Assembly (NCBI GenBank): GCA_030603385.1
Contig: JAUVXW010000013.1
Span: forward strand, 21,629 to 85,628
Origin: Promethearchaeota archaeon
GTDB lineage: Archaea > Asgardarchaeota > Lokiarchaeia > Sigyniarchaeales > SOKP01
DNA length: 64,000 nucleotides
Direction of reading: 5' to 3'
Shown here: one piece after another, positions 30,501-40,765 of the stretch
Numbering within the stretch: the stretch's first letter is position 1
How the letters are laid out: every line of letters begins with the position of its first letter
The notes under the pieces: model-generated
What the model saw: only the letters and a program-made list of their open reading frames with translations
Databases searched by the model: none
Told to the model about the DNA's origin: nothing
Made by a program: the position numbers and the translations under genes

Positions 30501-31538
30501 ATGAAAAAAATCGCATATTTTGATGCATGTGTTGAAACTCCCGAAGAGATTATCCTTGCTGCCGATATGCTCCCTATTAGACTTTTTGGCGATCCAGAAA
30601 TCGGAATAGATAAAGCGAATGAACATGTACCTCCAACTCATTGCGTTTGGGCAAGAAATATCCTTGAACAAGCTATTAATGGGTTGGATGATAACATTAA
30701 AGGAGTCATTACAACACACGGATGTGATTGTACTAATAGAGAGTTTGATATTTGGTTAGAATGTGTAAATCTAGAGTTCCTTTTTTTTCTCAATGCTCCA
30801 TTGAAGCGAAATGAGACTGCCTTAAACTTCTTTATGAACGATATTAAAGAATTAATTAGTCAATTGGAGGAAAAATTTAATGTTAATATAACCTCTGAAA
30901 AGATTAATGAAGCCATAAAAAAAATGAATAAAATTAGGAAATTATTAAGAGAAATATCAAGTTTTCGAGTAGATATGAAATTAAAGGGTTCTGAATTCCA
31001 TGCTCTAGTTAAAAAAGTTCAACAATCTGATAAAAGTAAAATGATTGAAATTCTTGAATTAAAATTGGCAGAAATTAAAGAAAGAAAACCTTTTCCAAAT
31101 GCTAACCTCAAAAAAGTATTGTTAACAGGTTCAGTAATAGATGATACCGAATTCATTAAGTTTCTCGAAGAAGTTGGTTTTCAAATCGTAATTGATGATT
31201 TATGTATAGGGACCAAATATTTTTGGAATAGCGTTGATGAAGATGGAGACCCAATAAAAGGTTTAGCTGAATTTCATTTAAGCAAGCCAATCTATTCTAC
31301 TAAATTTCCTTCATATGAGCGATTTAGAGTATTAAAGAATTTAGCAGAAAAATATAAAGTTGATGGGGTAATCAATATCGCACAAAAGTTTTGCGAGCCA
31401 GTTTTGTATGACCATCCATATTTTAATAAAAAATTTAAAGAATTAGAAATTCCATATCTTTTTGTTGAGATGGAATACAATAGAGAATCATATAAACAAT
31501 TAACAACCAGATTTGAAGCATTTAGAGAAATAATTTAA
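30501..31538 (+). CDS. 2-hydroxyacyl-CoA dehydratase / benzoyl-CoA reductase family subunit
   Basis: PEEII.AA, DDLCIG, KFCEP, TRFEAF. Confidence 0.9.
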   Translation: MKKIAYFDACVETPEEIILAADMLPIRLFGDPEIGIDKANEHVPPTHCVWARNILEQAINGLDDNIKGVITTHGCDCTNREFDIWLECVNLEFLFFLNAPLKRNETALNFFMNDIKELISQLEEKFNVNITSEKINEAIKKMNKIRKLLREISSFRVDMKLKGSEFHALVKKVQQSDKSKMIEILELKLAEIKERKPFPNANLKKVLLTGSVIDDTEFIKFLEEVGFQIVIDDLCIGTKYFWNSVDEDGDPIKGLAEFHLSKPIYSTKFPSYERFRVLKNLAEKYKVDGVINIAQKFCEPVLYDHPYFNKKFKELEIPYLFVEMEYNRESYKQLTTRFEAFREII

Positions 31539-31553
31539 AGGAGGGCTACAATA

Positions 31554-32816
31554 ATGTCAAAAGTGAAGAAAACTGGAAAGATGTTAAACGCAACTAATAA
31601 ATTAAGAAATGAAATGGGAAGACATTTTTTAGCTATTGAGCAAGCTTTTCGAGAAGGAAAACCAACTGCTTGGGCCACGGCGGGAACTCCTGTTGAACTT
31701 TTATATTCTATGGGTGTTCAACCAATGCTTCCTGAAAATTCAGCTACAATTTCAGCGGCTCTTAAAAAATCTCAAAATTTTATTGAACTTGCTGAAGATC
31801 AAGGATATTCCTATGATCTATGTTCATATTTCAAGACGAATGTTGGGGCTGTGCTTAGTAATGCTGAAATGAGCGAGGGTGGTACAAGAAAACCGACTTT
31901 TATGCTGTCAAGCGACGTAATATGTGATACTCATGTCAATTGGTTTCAAGTACAATCTGAAAGAATGGGTGGTGTGCCCCACTTTACAATTGATATACCA
32001 CATGTGGTAAGTAATACAAATAACAGGCAACGAGAATATTTCAAAAAATATATTAGAGAACAGCTCTGGGAGTTATTGGATTTTATAACTGAAGTTACTG
32101 GAAACGAATATAATGAAGAAAAGGCACGAGAGGTTGCTCAGAATTCGTATGAAATGGGAAAAATTTGGCAAGAAGTCTTCGAGTTAAGAAAGAATATTCC
32201 TTGTCCTGTATCCACAAGGGATACTTTTGGAGGATTATTCCCTTTATTCACTATGACAGGATTAAAATCACCAATAAAACTTTACAAAAGAATGTATAGA
32301 GAAGCCAAAGAACGCGTAGATAATGGAATTGGAGCGTTAGAGCAAGAAGATTACCGTTTACTTTTTGAAGGTATCCCTTTCTGGCATAACCTGAAATTCT
32401 TCGCTAACTTAGAACGTTGGAACGCTATTATAGTGTATGAACCATACGTATACGCTTTCACTAAATATACAAATCCAAATATTACCAAAGAACATGTTTT
32501 AAATAACCCCGTAGAGTCAATGGCAGAACTGATACTTAGTTTTTGGTATGTCTATGACTTAGAGACTCGCGTTCAAAAATTCAAGGAAACAGTAAGAGAT
32601 TGGAAAATTGATGGTGTGATCTTGCATAATAATATGTCATGTCGTCCAAATGCATGTGGTATGTATGATTTGAAACGTAGATTAATGGAAGAAGCTGATA
32701 TTCCCTGTTTAATTGTGGACGGAGATATGAATGACCCACGTAAGCTGAATGAGACTCAAGTCCTAAACCAAATCGAAAGTTTCATAGAAATTCTCAGAAA
32801 GAGGAAGAAGAAATAA
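31554..32816 (+). CDS. 2-hydroxyacyl-CoA dehydratase / benzoyl-CoA reductase family subunit
   Basis: LPEN, GYSYDLCSY, SCRP, DGDMND. Confidence 0.9.
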   Translation: MSKVKKTGKMLNATNKLRNEMGRHFLAIEQAFREGKPTAWATAGTPVELLYSMGVQPMLPENSATISAALKKSQNFIELAEDQGYSYDLCSYFKTNVGAVLSNAEMSEGGTRKPTFMLSSDVICDTHVNWFQVQSERMGGVPHFTIDIPHVVSNTNNRQREYFKKYIREQLWELLDFITEVTGNEYNEEKAREVAQNSYEMGKIWQEVFELRKNIPCPVSTRDTFGGLFPLFTMTGLKSPIKLYKRMYREAKERVDNGIGALEQEDYRLLFEGIPFWHNLKFFANLERWNAIIVYEPYVYAFTKYTNPNITKEHVLNNPVESMAELILSFWYVYDLETRVQKFKETVRDWKIDGVILHNNMSCRPNACGMYDLKRRLMEEADIPCLIVDGDMNDPRKLNETQVLNQIESFIEILRKRKKK

Positions 32817-32881
32817 TTTATTTTTTACTAAGTTTAACTTTAATATATATAAAATTTAAGGTATCACTTAGGTGAATTTTA

Positions 32882-34396
32882 TTGAAAAAAACAGGAATTG
32901 TTGAGATAAGTACTGGAAAATTACAAGGTTATATTGATAAAGGTATAGAAGTGTATAAAGGAGTTCCGTATGCTGAACCTCCTGTTGGAGATTTAAGATT
33001 CAATGCACCAGAACCAAAAAAATCATGGGGTCATGTGTTAGATGCAACAAGATTCGGTCCTGTGGCACCACAGCCACCTAGTCCTTTCACACCACAGCCA
33101 CCCCCTCCACAAAGTGAAGAAGACTGTCTTACACTTAATATTTGGACACCTGCACCTGATGACAAAAAACGTCCTGTCATGTTCTGGATTCACGGAGGTT
33201 CATATAAGACAGGAGGTGCAACTAATTATGATGGAATACCTTTAGCAACTCGCGGAGATGTAGTCATAGTTATAATTAATTATAGATTAGGACCTTTAGG
33301 TTTTCTCTATCTTCCCGATGCCCCTAATTTTTCAGCAAATGTTGGATTGCTCGATCAAATCGAAGCGTTAAAATGGGTTAAAGAAAATATCGTGAACTTC
33401 GGGGGAGATCCAGAAAATGTTACTGTGTTTGGAGAATCTGCTGGTGCGGGAGCAATTTGTTGTCTACTTGGCATGCCTGCAGCTAAAGGTTTATTTAATC
33501 GCATTATCCCACAATCTGGAAGTACAAGCCCACTTGGTTACCAAAAGGGTAGGGCAATAGCAACTGCACAAAGGTTAGCTTCGCTTCTGGAAATCGAAAA
33601 AGATGATATTGACCGCTTAAGAAAAATTTCATCAGAGAAGATTATCAAGGCTCAGACAAAGATGGATCAACAAGTATTAGAAGGAGGAACTGCATTTGCC
33701 TTAGGATATTCTCCCCTAGTTGATAAGAATACCATGCCAAACCATCCTTTAAAAGCTGTGCTTGATGGTGAAACAAAAAACATTGAAGTTTTACATGGTA
33801 CTAACAAGGATGAAATGAGATTGTGGGAATTGTGGTATCCTGGTGTAAAAAACTCGGAAGAACTGTTCAATAGACTGAATGTAATGACGAAACCAATGGG
33901 ACAATCCGAAGAAAAAGTTCGTGAAATAATCAATATTTATAGTGAAACGAGGGAAAATCCTACTGAGATATTTAATGCTATAATAACCGATACATTTTTC
34001 CGAGTACCTTCCATAAGATTAGCAAAAATGCAATCTAGAGTACAACCTGACACCTATATGTATATGTTTACTTATCCCTCACCTATACGTGATGGATCCT
34101 TAGGAGCTGTCCACGCAATCGAAATCCCCTTTGTGTTTGGTACATTAGATATGCCCCGGATCTTTGAATTATTCCCTGTTTCCAACAAAGAAACTGAAAA
34201 ACTCAGTGCAAAAATGATGGATAGTTGGATTTCATTCGCTCGAAGTGGGAATCCAAATCATAAAGAAATCCCAAAATGGGAGCAATATGGAAATGATAGG
34301 GCAACAATGATGTTCGGAAAAGACGTAAAAGCAATAAATGATCCTTACGGCAAAGAAAGATCCGTGTGGGATGATGTCATAACTTTTAAGGGATGA
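32882..34396 (+). CDS. Type-B carboxylesterase
   Basis: EDCLTLNIW, WIHGG, FGESAG, HAIEIPFVF. Confidence 0.95.
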   Translation: MKKTGIVEISTGKLQGYIDKGIEVYKGVPYAEPPVGDLRFNAPEPKKSWGHVLDATRFGPVAPQPPSPFTPQPPPPQSEEDCLTLNIWTPAPDDKKRPVMFWIHGGSYKTGGATNYDGIPLATRGDVVIVIINYRLGPLGFLYLPDAPNFSANVGLLDQIEALKWVKENIVNFGGDPENVTVFGESAGAGAICCLLGMPAAKGLFNRIIPQSGSTSPLGYQKGRAIATAQRLASLLEIEKDDIDRLRKISSEKIIKAQTKMDQQVLEGGTAFALGYSPLVDKNTMPNHPLKAVLDGETKNIEVLHGTNKDEMRLWELWYPGVKNSEELFNRLNVMTKPMGQSEEKVREIINIYSETRENPTEIFNAIITDTFFRVPSIRLAKMQSRVQPDTYMYMFTYPSPIRDGSLGAVHAIEIPFVFGTLDMPRIFELFPVSNKETEKLSAKMMDSWISFARSGNPNHKEIPKWEQYGNDRATMMFGKDVKAINDPYGKERSVWDDVITFKG

Positions 34397-34431
34397 CATG
34401 AATGAATATCATATTATGAAAAATTATATAG

Positions 34432-36015
34432 GTGTTAAAAATTAGCGAGAAACTGAATTTTTTATTTATTTTTACAGATCAGCAGAGAGCTGATCATTTA
34501 AGTTGTTATAATAACAAAATGGTATTAAAAACGCCAAATATAGATCTTATCGCTAACGAAGGAATTAAATTTACCAATTTTTACTGTAATAATCCAATTT
34601 GTATGCCTAATAGAAGTACTATTTTTACAGGGCAATATCCTTCAGTTCATGGAGTCACTACGAATGGAAGAAATTTACCAGAGAAAACGAGAACATTTAT
34701 CGATGTTTTTTTAGAATCCGGTTTGTACCACACGGCAAGCTTTGGAAAAATACATTTAAATTACTTTGGGGAATATTCTGGCAAATTTCAAAATCCAAAT
34801 AAAAGTCAAGAATTTATTCGCGTTAAAAACTATCCTAAATTAACGAATCTTACACCATATTTTGGATTAGAAGAAGTTAAACTCATTTCGGGGCATGGAA
34901 CTTTTTGTGGGCATCCAGATTACATTAATTGGGTAAAAAGAAAAATTGAAGATAACATATCATTAGCAAAACCTCTTAGGATACGACTGAAAGATCCTAT
35001 TGGTAGTTTTCAAAATAAACTTAATCTATGTTTTGATATCTCATATCCATTCATAAAATTACAAGTAATAAAACATCAACTACCTGAGGAACTTTATTCA
35101 ACAACATTTGTTAAAGAAAACACTATTAGCTTTTTAAAGAGATTTGCTGAAGGACAGTATTCAAAACCAAATTTTTTCGCATTTTGTTCCTTTCCTGATC
35201 CACATCATCCATTTTCTCCACCAGGTAAATATTTTGATATGTACAAACCCGAAGATGTAATTCTACCTAATAGTTTTAATGATACCCATGCTAAGAGTTC
35301 CTTATTCAATAAAAAACATTATAATGAGATTTTAAATACTGAAGGAACTGTAAAAGGTATATTTCCAAAACCTAAAGATTTGACAGAAGAGGATGCTAAA
35401 CGTGCAATTGCTGCTTCATATGGAATGGAAAAAATGATAGATGATGCCATCGGTGAAATTTTTGAAACTTTGGAGAAAAATAATTTAATAGATAATACTG
35501 TGGTTATTTATACATCTGATCATGGTGATTTAGGTGGAGATCACAGGTTCTTTTTTAAAGGTCCATTTCTATATCAAGGTTTAATTAAGATCCCATTTTT
35601 AATTAGAATTCCTAATGGAATAAGTAATCAAGTATGTAATTCCCTAGTGAGCTCAATTGATATTCCTGAAACAATTCTAGAATTAGCTGGATTTGAAATT
35701 CCAGATACAATGCAAGGAAAGAGCATGGTTCCAATTTTAAAGAATCAAGATGAGATAATAAATGAAGATATCTTAATCGAGATGGATGATGATCACAACA
35801 ATGAAAAAACTAGGACACTAATTAGAGACAACTGGAGAATTACTATTTTTCGTGAACATGGAGAATTGTATAATTTAAAGGAAGATCCAGACGAAATGAA
35901 TAATTTGTGGAACCATAAACCTTTCTCAGAAAAAAAGGATGAGCTACTTCTAAGGATATTTAAAAAGTGTATACGAAATCAACCAAAAAGAATTAAAAGG
36001 GATTGTGGTTTCTAA
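34432..36015 (+). CDS. Formylglycine-dependent sulfatase
   Basis: TDQQR, CMPNR (CxPxR), GKIH, SDHG. Confidence 0.93.
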   Translation: MLKISEKLNFLFIFTDQQRADHLSCYNNKMVLKTPNIDLIANEGIKFTNFYCNNPICMPNRSTIFTGQYPSVHGVTTNGRNLPEKTRTFIDVFLESGLYHTASFGKIHLNYFGEYSGKFQNPNKSQEFIRVKNYPKLTNLTPYFGLEEVKLISGHGTFCGHPDYINWVKRKIEDNISLAKPLRIRLKDPIGSFQNKLNLCFDISYPFIKLQVIKHQLPEELYSTTFVKENTISFLKRFAEGQYSKPNFFAFCSFPDPHHPFSPPGKYFDMYKPEDVILPNSFNDTHAKSSLFNKKHYNEILNTEGTVKGIFPKPKDLTEEDAKRAIAASYGMEKMIDDAIGEIFETLEKNNLIDNTVVIYTSDHGDLGGDHRFFFKGPFLYQGLIKIPFLIRIPNGISNQVCNSLVSSIDIPETILELAGFEIPDTMQGKSMVPILKNQDEIINEDILIEMDDDHNNEKTRTLIRDNWRITIFREHGELYNLKEDPDEMNNLWNHKPFSEKKDELLLRIFKKCIRNQPKRIKRDCGF

Positions 36016-36030
36016 TCCACAAATTAAGAA

Positions 36031-36372
36031 TTAATTTGCTATTTTTATATGAGTATTAGGTGTAAGTATTAGGTAATGATCACCAAGACGTCCCATTGAA
36101 CCCCCATTTTCTCTTAAAAATACCTTTAATTCTTCTATACCTCTCTTAAGCTCAGAGATTTCTACGTTCTCTAAAATTTCTTTTGCATTAATTAATAGTA
36201 TTCTTCGTCCAAGCAACTGTTTTTTTATATCTTCCACTTGATTAAGATTAGAGAAATCATACTTCTTTATTATAAAATTATGAAGAAGTGACGAATACTC
36301 TTTAGAAAATCCCATGGTTTCTTGTGGTGAGCCTAAAAGCTCGTTATCCTTACGGTTTCGAAACTTACCCAT
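36031..36372 (-). CDS. sepF: Cell division protein SepF
   Basis: IKKQL...ILLIN...LKRGIEELK...GGSMGRLG...ILTP. Confidence 0.8.
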   Translation of the reverse strand: MGKFRNRKDNELLGSPQETMGFSKEYSSLLHNFIIKKYDFSNLNQVEDIKKQLLGRRILLINAKEILENVEISELKRGIEELKVFLRENGGSMGRLGDHYLILTPNTHIKIAN

Positions 36373-36652
36373 ATATCAAAATCAACCTCTTATTAAAATT
36401 AAAAATCAAATAGCACTATTTTCACTAATATAGAGATTTTGAATGATTTTAAATAGAAGAATCATTGTGATACATATTCTCATGTTATGCAGATATTATT
36501 CAAGCAATATGCAATACAAGGTTATTATACAACAAACTAAAATTAATATCACAAATCAATAGATACAACCCTAATTTTTATCTTAAAATTTGCCTTACTT
36601 TTTTTTCATCTTAGATAAACTTTAAATTAATTAGTTCACCAATGTTTTTAAT

Positions 36653-37189
36653 ATGGAACTAATAAAAAATGAATTTATAGAATTCATAAAAGAAAGAAAG
36701 AGCGTTAGGAGCTTTATTTATAAAAAGATAAGAAAAGAAGTCATACTTGACATACTTGAGGCTGGTCGTTGGGCACCTTCTGGAAATAATAGTCAGCCAT
36801 GGCGAGTTTGTGTTGTCATTCATCCTACAGTCAAAAGGATGCTTTCTGAGCTCACTAAATACGGTGGAATACTTGAGGATGCTTATGTGGATCTTGTAAT
36901 ATTTTTGGATCTAGAAAGAGGTTATGATAGAACAAAAGATATACAAGCAATTGGAGCCTTTGTACAAAACATCCTTTTAGGTGTTCATGCTCAAGAGGAT
37001 CTTGGTGCGGTGTGGATAGGTGAAATTTTGAATCGAAAAGAAGATGTCAATCAAATTTTTAAGTTTCCCGTAGAAAAGTTTGAATTAATGGGGGTTGTTG
37101 CAATAGGAATGATTGATGACGCGCGAGAAAAAGCACGGAAAGAATCAAGAGAACGACGCCCAGTAGATAAGTTTATTGATTGGTATTAG
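36653..37189 (+). CDS. Nitroreductase-family protein
   Basis: RKSVRSF, APSGNNSQPW, LGAVWIG. Confidence 0.92.
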   Translation: MELIKNEFIEFIKERKSVRSFIYKKIRKEVILDILEAGRWAPSGNNSQPWRVCVVIHPTVKRMLSELTKYGGILEDAYVDLVIFLDLERGYDRTKDIQAIGAFVQNILLGVHAQEDLGAVWIGEILNRKEDVNQIFKFPVEKFELMGVVAIGMIDDAREKARKESRERRPVDKFIDWY

Positions 37190-37220
37190 AGATTTCTAGC
37201 TAAGAGCCTAACATATTTTT

Positions 37221-38543
37221 TTATTGACTTTTCTTATCTTCTAGCGATTCTACCACTCTCGGGTTTAGAATCCATATCCCAAAAACGAAAAATGGAATCA
37301 AAGCCCATTCAACCAAGATTGAAATAATAAAAGGCGTTGTGTGGCTAATTTCATAAACAAGACCACCCAAAATAGGACCTATAATAAATCCCATTGAGTC
37401 GAAAGAAGTAATTAATCCGAAGATTTTTCCTCGATGTTTTACCGAAATACGGCTGAGGAAATTTATAAAAACGAAACCTACCGTAAGCATAATTGTATTA
37501 TCAATTACGAGCAGTAAAGAAAAAATCCATAGGTTTTTAGTTAAAAAGACAATAACCCATGTTAAAATACCTCCAACAATACTTGCTATTGAGATAACAA
37601 GATAAGGATTAATTTTATCCGCAATAACACCTAATTTGGGAGCAACTAATGTTCCTACTATCATTGCTGGAAGATAGAACCAACTAATTAAAGCAGGGGG
37701 TTCCTTCATATTTTCGAAGATAATTGGTAATATAAATGGTCTATATATGCCTGCATTGATAGCACCTAATATAAGAGCAAAAAACAGCAATATTATGCCT
37801 AATATATATAAATGTACTGATCTTTCAGTTGATGTAGTATCATTGATTTTCAGTTCTGAGAGATCATCAATTTCATCAATTGATTCGCTAGGATATTGAA
37901 ATTTCTTATCCTCATCGACACTTAGAAAAAACCTAATTCCTGCATAAAAATTTGCTATCCCAAATATAGGAATTCCACTAAAGATAAGAAAGACGTTATC
38001 AGGAGTAAAATAACTAGCTAATCCAAAAATTGAAAAACCGACTATTGTCCCTATTACTTGACCAATACCTAACGCAAATCTTCTGCGTCCGAAAGCTGAA
38101 GAACGGTGATGTTTGGAGGATTTTTCAGAGATAAGGGTGTCTAACGGGACCCAAAAAAGCATCGCACCAAGACCTAAAAGAAACGAGCTAATATAAATTC
38201 CAGGTAGTGATTGTAGAATTATAGAAGAATAAAGACCGAAGTATGACAATCCTCGTCCGAACGATCCTATCATAACTAATTTCTGTTTAGAGACGTGATC
38301 TGTTAGATAGCCAATAAATAGAGAGCTAATTAGACCCCCAAAAGTTAAAAATGCTGGAAAAAGACCAATTGCTAAGCCAGGTCCTTCCCAAACCTGACTT
38401 ATCATATAGATCATAATGAAATCTACAAAAAAAAATCCAAGTGAATTCCAGATAACTATAAAAATGACTGAATCGAAATCTGAGGTAAATTTATGACTCG
38501 GTGGCACCGATTGCTTTTTTAATTTCTTTAAGGGTGATTGCAT
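37221..38543 (-). CDS. MFS transporter
   Basis: About 12 TM segments; GYLTDH and GVIADK motifs. Confidence 0.88.
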   Translation of the reverse strand: MQSPLKKLKKQSVPPSHKFTSDFDSVIFIVIWNSLGFFFVDFIMIYMISQVWEGPGLAIGLFPAFLTFGGLISSLFIGYLTDHVSKQKLVMIGSFGRGLSYFGLYSSIILQSLPGIYISSFLLGLGAMLFWVPLDTLISEKSSKHHRSSAFGRRRFALGIGQVIGTIVGFSIFGLASYFTPDNVFLIFSGIPIFGIANFYAGIRFFLSVDEDKKFQYPSESIDEIDDLSELKINDTTSTERSVHLYILGIILLFFALILGAINAGIYRPFILPIIFENMKEPPALISWFYLPAMIVGTLVAPKLGVIADKINPYLVISIASIVGGILTWVIVFLTKNLWIFSLLLVIDNTIMLTVGFVFINFLSRISVKHRGKIFGLITSFDSMGFIIGPILGGLVYEISHTTPFIISILVEWALIPFFVFGIWILNPRVVESLEDKKSQ

Positions 38544-38673
38544 GATAACTAGTATAAAAAAGGGGCAAAGAAAAAAAATTTTTGGTTTAGTAATTCAATT
38601 AATTTCTTTTTTAAATGTGTTTGATGTTTTACTTAATTCTACTTCACGTTCCTTCAATATGGAGGTCGTTTTT

Positions 38674-39393
38674 CTATAGCCAAAAATGGAAAATCTCTGA
38701 GAAAACAGGTCCAACCCAATAATAGAATTTGATCCAATAGATGTAAGTAACCCCAAGATACAATAAAGAGTACAAAATACCAAAAATAAAACCAAAAATT
38801 ACATCAATTGGAAAATGAACACCTAAAATAAGCCTTGAAATAGCTATAACTATGTCTAAAATAATAAAAATAGTTAAAACAATCCAACTTTGAAAGTGAA
38901 AGGTAAAAATGATACCAAAAAGTAGAAAGAAAGCAACGTGTCCACTTGGAAAGGATTGTTTTTCCGATTCTCGCATAAGGTACGGAATTTTAAGAAAATC
39001 ATCATGTTTCTTTACCCCATCTTTCTTCAACTTGATATACGGTCGATTTCTCCGAATTATCTTATATCTAATCAGACTATGAATAATAATTGATTGCTCA
39101 AATCCACTCGTAAATAAGACTAAAAGGTAATAGTTTTTTGTTATATACCCATAAATAAACCATATTAACCATATTAACCCCCAAAAATATAAGGAGCCAA
39201 GAAAACTAATAACTATTGCAAACTTTTTTGTTCTTTTACTAAAATCACTTTTGTAAATATTAAGGAATGCCTTATGATCCCATTCTTCTAATTTTTCAAG
39301 ATATTCCGACAATAGCGACATAAAATTAACAAGGTGTGGATTTGAGTTAATGTGTAAAAATAGATATATATAGTTTTTCCTATTAATAATCAT
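38674..39393 (-). CDS. PAP2-family phosphatase
   Basis: RNRP, SFPSGH, SRLILGVHFPID. Confidence 0.92.
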   Translation of the reverse strand: MIINRKNYIYLFLHINSNPHLVNFMSLLSEYLEKLEEWDHKAFLNIYKSDFSKRTKKFAIVISFLGSLYFWGLIWLIWFIYGYITKNYYLLVLFTSGFEQSIIIHSLIRYKIIRRNRPYIKLKKDGVKKHDDFLKIPYLMRESEKQSFPSGHVAFFLLFGIIFTFHFQSWIVLTIFIILDIVIAISRLILGVHFPIDVIFGFIFGILYSLLYLGVTYIYWIKFYYWVGPVFSEIFHFWL

Positions 39394-39561
39394 CTTGATT
39401 GATTCTATTGATAAGAATATAATTAGTATTACCTTTAAGAAATTGGTGATTTCAAGCGATCTAATTGCTATGTAGAAACAACAAATATAAAAATGTTATA
39501 AAATATTATTAAATTAAAAACCACGTTTCATTATCTGAATATACGTCCTTACATATTTATC

Positions 39562-40077
39562 GTGATAATTATGAGTGTAAATTCAGGATTTTCAGAAGAA
39601 AGCCTTAGAAAAATTGCTGCACAGAAAGTTAGTTTTAGGTTCTCTGTGAAGATTCACGTAGCAATTTTTATTGTTGTAAATGTATTGCTCTTAATGGTTA
39701 ATTTTTTCTATACACCAGAACTATATTGGGTTGTGTTCCCCTTCTTTTCATGGTTAATAGGAGTAAATATACATACATTATCTTATATTTTATATGCACG
39801 AGGAGTTTATCCAATGGCTAAACGAGGAATGATTTACCATTTAGATTCCTATATTTTTGTAATGCTTTTTTTGTTTATCATTAACTTAATAACACTTCCA
39901 GGGTTCTATTGGGTACTTTTACCAACACTTTTTTGGGGTACTGGAGTTATTGTTCATGTAATAATTTACGTTCTGTTTTATAGTGGAAAAAATAAGAAAC
40001 CTGGCAAATTTGAATCAAGGATGGAAAGAGCAATTGAAAAAGAAATGAATAAAATGAGGAAAAAACAGAATAAATAA
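39562..40077 (+). CDS. Membrane protein with tandem 2TM domains
   Basis: Two repeats of H...IN.....YW...P...W..G...H. Confidence 0.75.
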   Translation: MIIMSVNSGFSEESLRKIAAQKVSFRFSVKIHVAIFIVVNVLLLMVNFFYTPELYWVVFPFFSWLIGVNIHTLSYILYARGVYPMAKRGMIYHLDSYIFVMLFLFIINLITLPGFYWVLLPTLFWGTGVIVHVIIYVLFYSGKNKKPGKFESRMERAIEKEMNKMRKKQNK

Positions 40078-40098
40078 AAAATAAAAGGTATCAAATTA

Positions 40099-40725
40099 AT
40101 GTGGTTAGGAAAATTCTTAGATCTTGAAGATGATATAAATGAATTAAGGTCTAGGATTAAGGAAGAACTTTTGAATAGTCTTCGTAAGAATAAGCTAACT
40201 CCTCTTGAATTTACAATAATAGAAAGCATCTTTAATAGTAAGCAGCTTTCTGGATATGATTTAATAAAAAATTTGAATAGACATTTTGCTGGAACTTGGG
40301 AAGCTCAATCTGGTACAGTTTATCCGATATTATCAAAACTAGAAAAAGATGGTTTTTTAAGCGCCCAAAAAGTTAAAAGTCCAATAGGCCCATTAAGAAA
40401 AGTATACTCTTTAACTGAAGCTGGCGGAGAATTATTAAAGTATAAGGTAAATAAAAATTATCTTGATCAACTTAAATTTATTGAGAATTTCTTAGTAGAA
40501 CTCTCTTCAATTTATATTCATTCTTTTCCTGAAGAAGAAAAGGAAGAAAGGATAGAGGAAATACGAGAAATTTTGCAATTAACTTTAAAAAATGTTATGA
40601 ATAACATTCCTGCTACTCTCGAATTTAAAACAATGTGTAATCAATGTGGATCTGAAATTGGTCGAGAAGTAGCATATTGTCCTACTTGTGGGGCCTCTTT
40701 ATTTAATAGTATAGAAAGCAAATAA
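40099..40725 (+). CDS. PadR-family regulator with C-terminal zinc ribbon
   Basis: SGYDL, SGTVYPILSKLE, YSLTEAG, CNQCG...CPTCG. Confidence 0.9.
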   Translation: MWLGKFLDLEDDINELRSRIKEELLNSLRKNKLTPLEFTIIESIFNSKQLSGYDLIKNLNRHFAGTWEAQSGTVYPILSKLEKDGFLSAQKVKSPIGPLRKVYSLTEAGGELLKYKVNKNYLDQLKFIENFLVELSSIYIHSFPEEEKEERIEEIREILQLTLKNVMNNIPATLEFKTMCNQCGSEIGREVAYCPTCGASLFNSIESK

Positions 40726-40765
40726 AAACTTAGAAAAAAAATTAAGTGAAATTTTTTAAAGCATT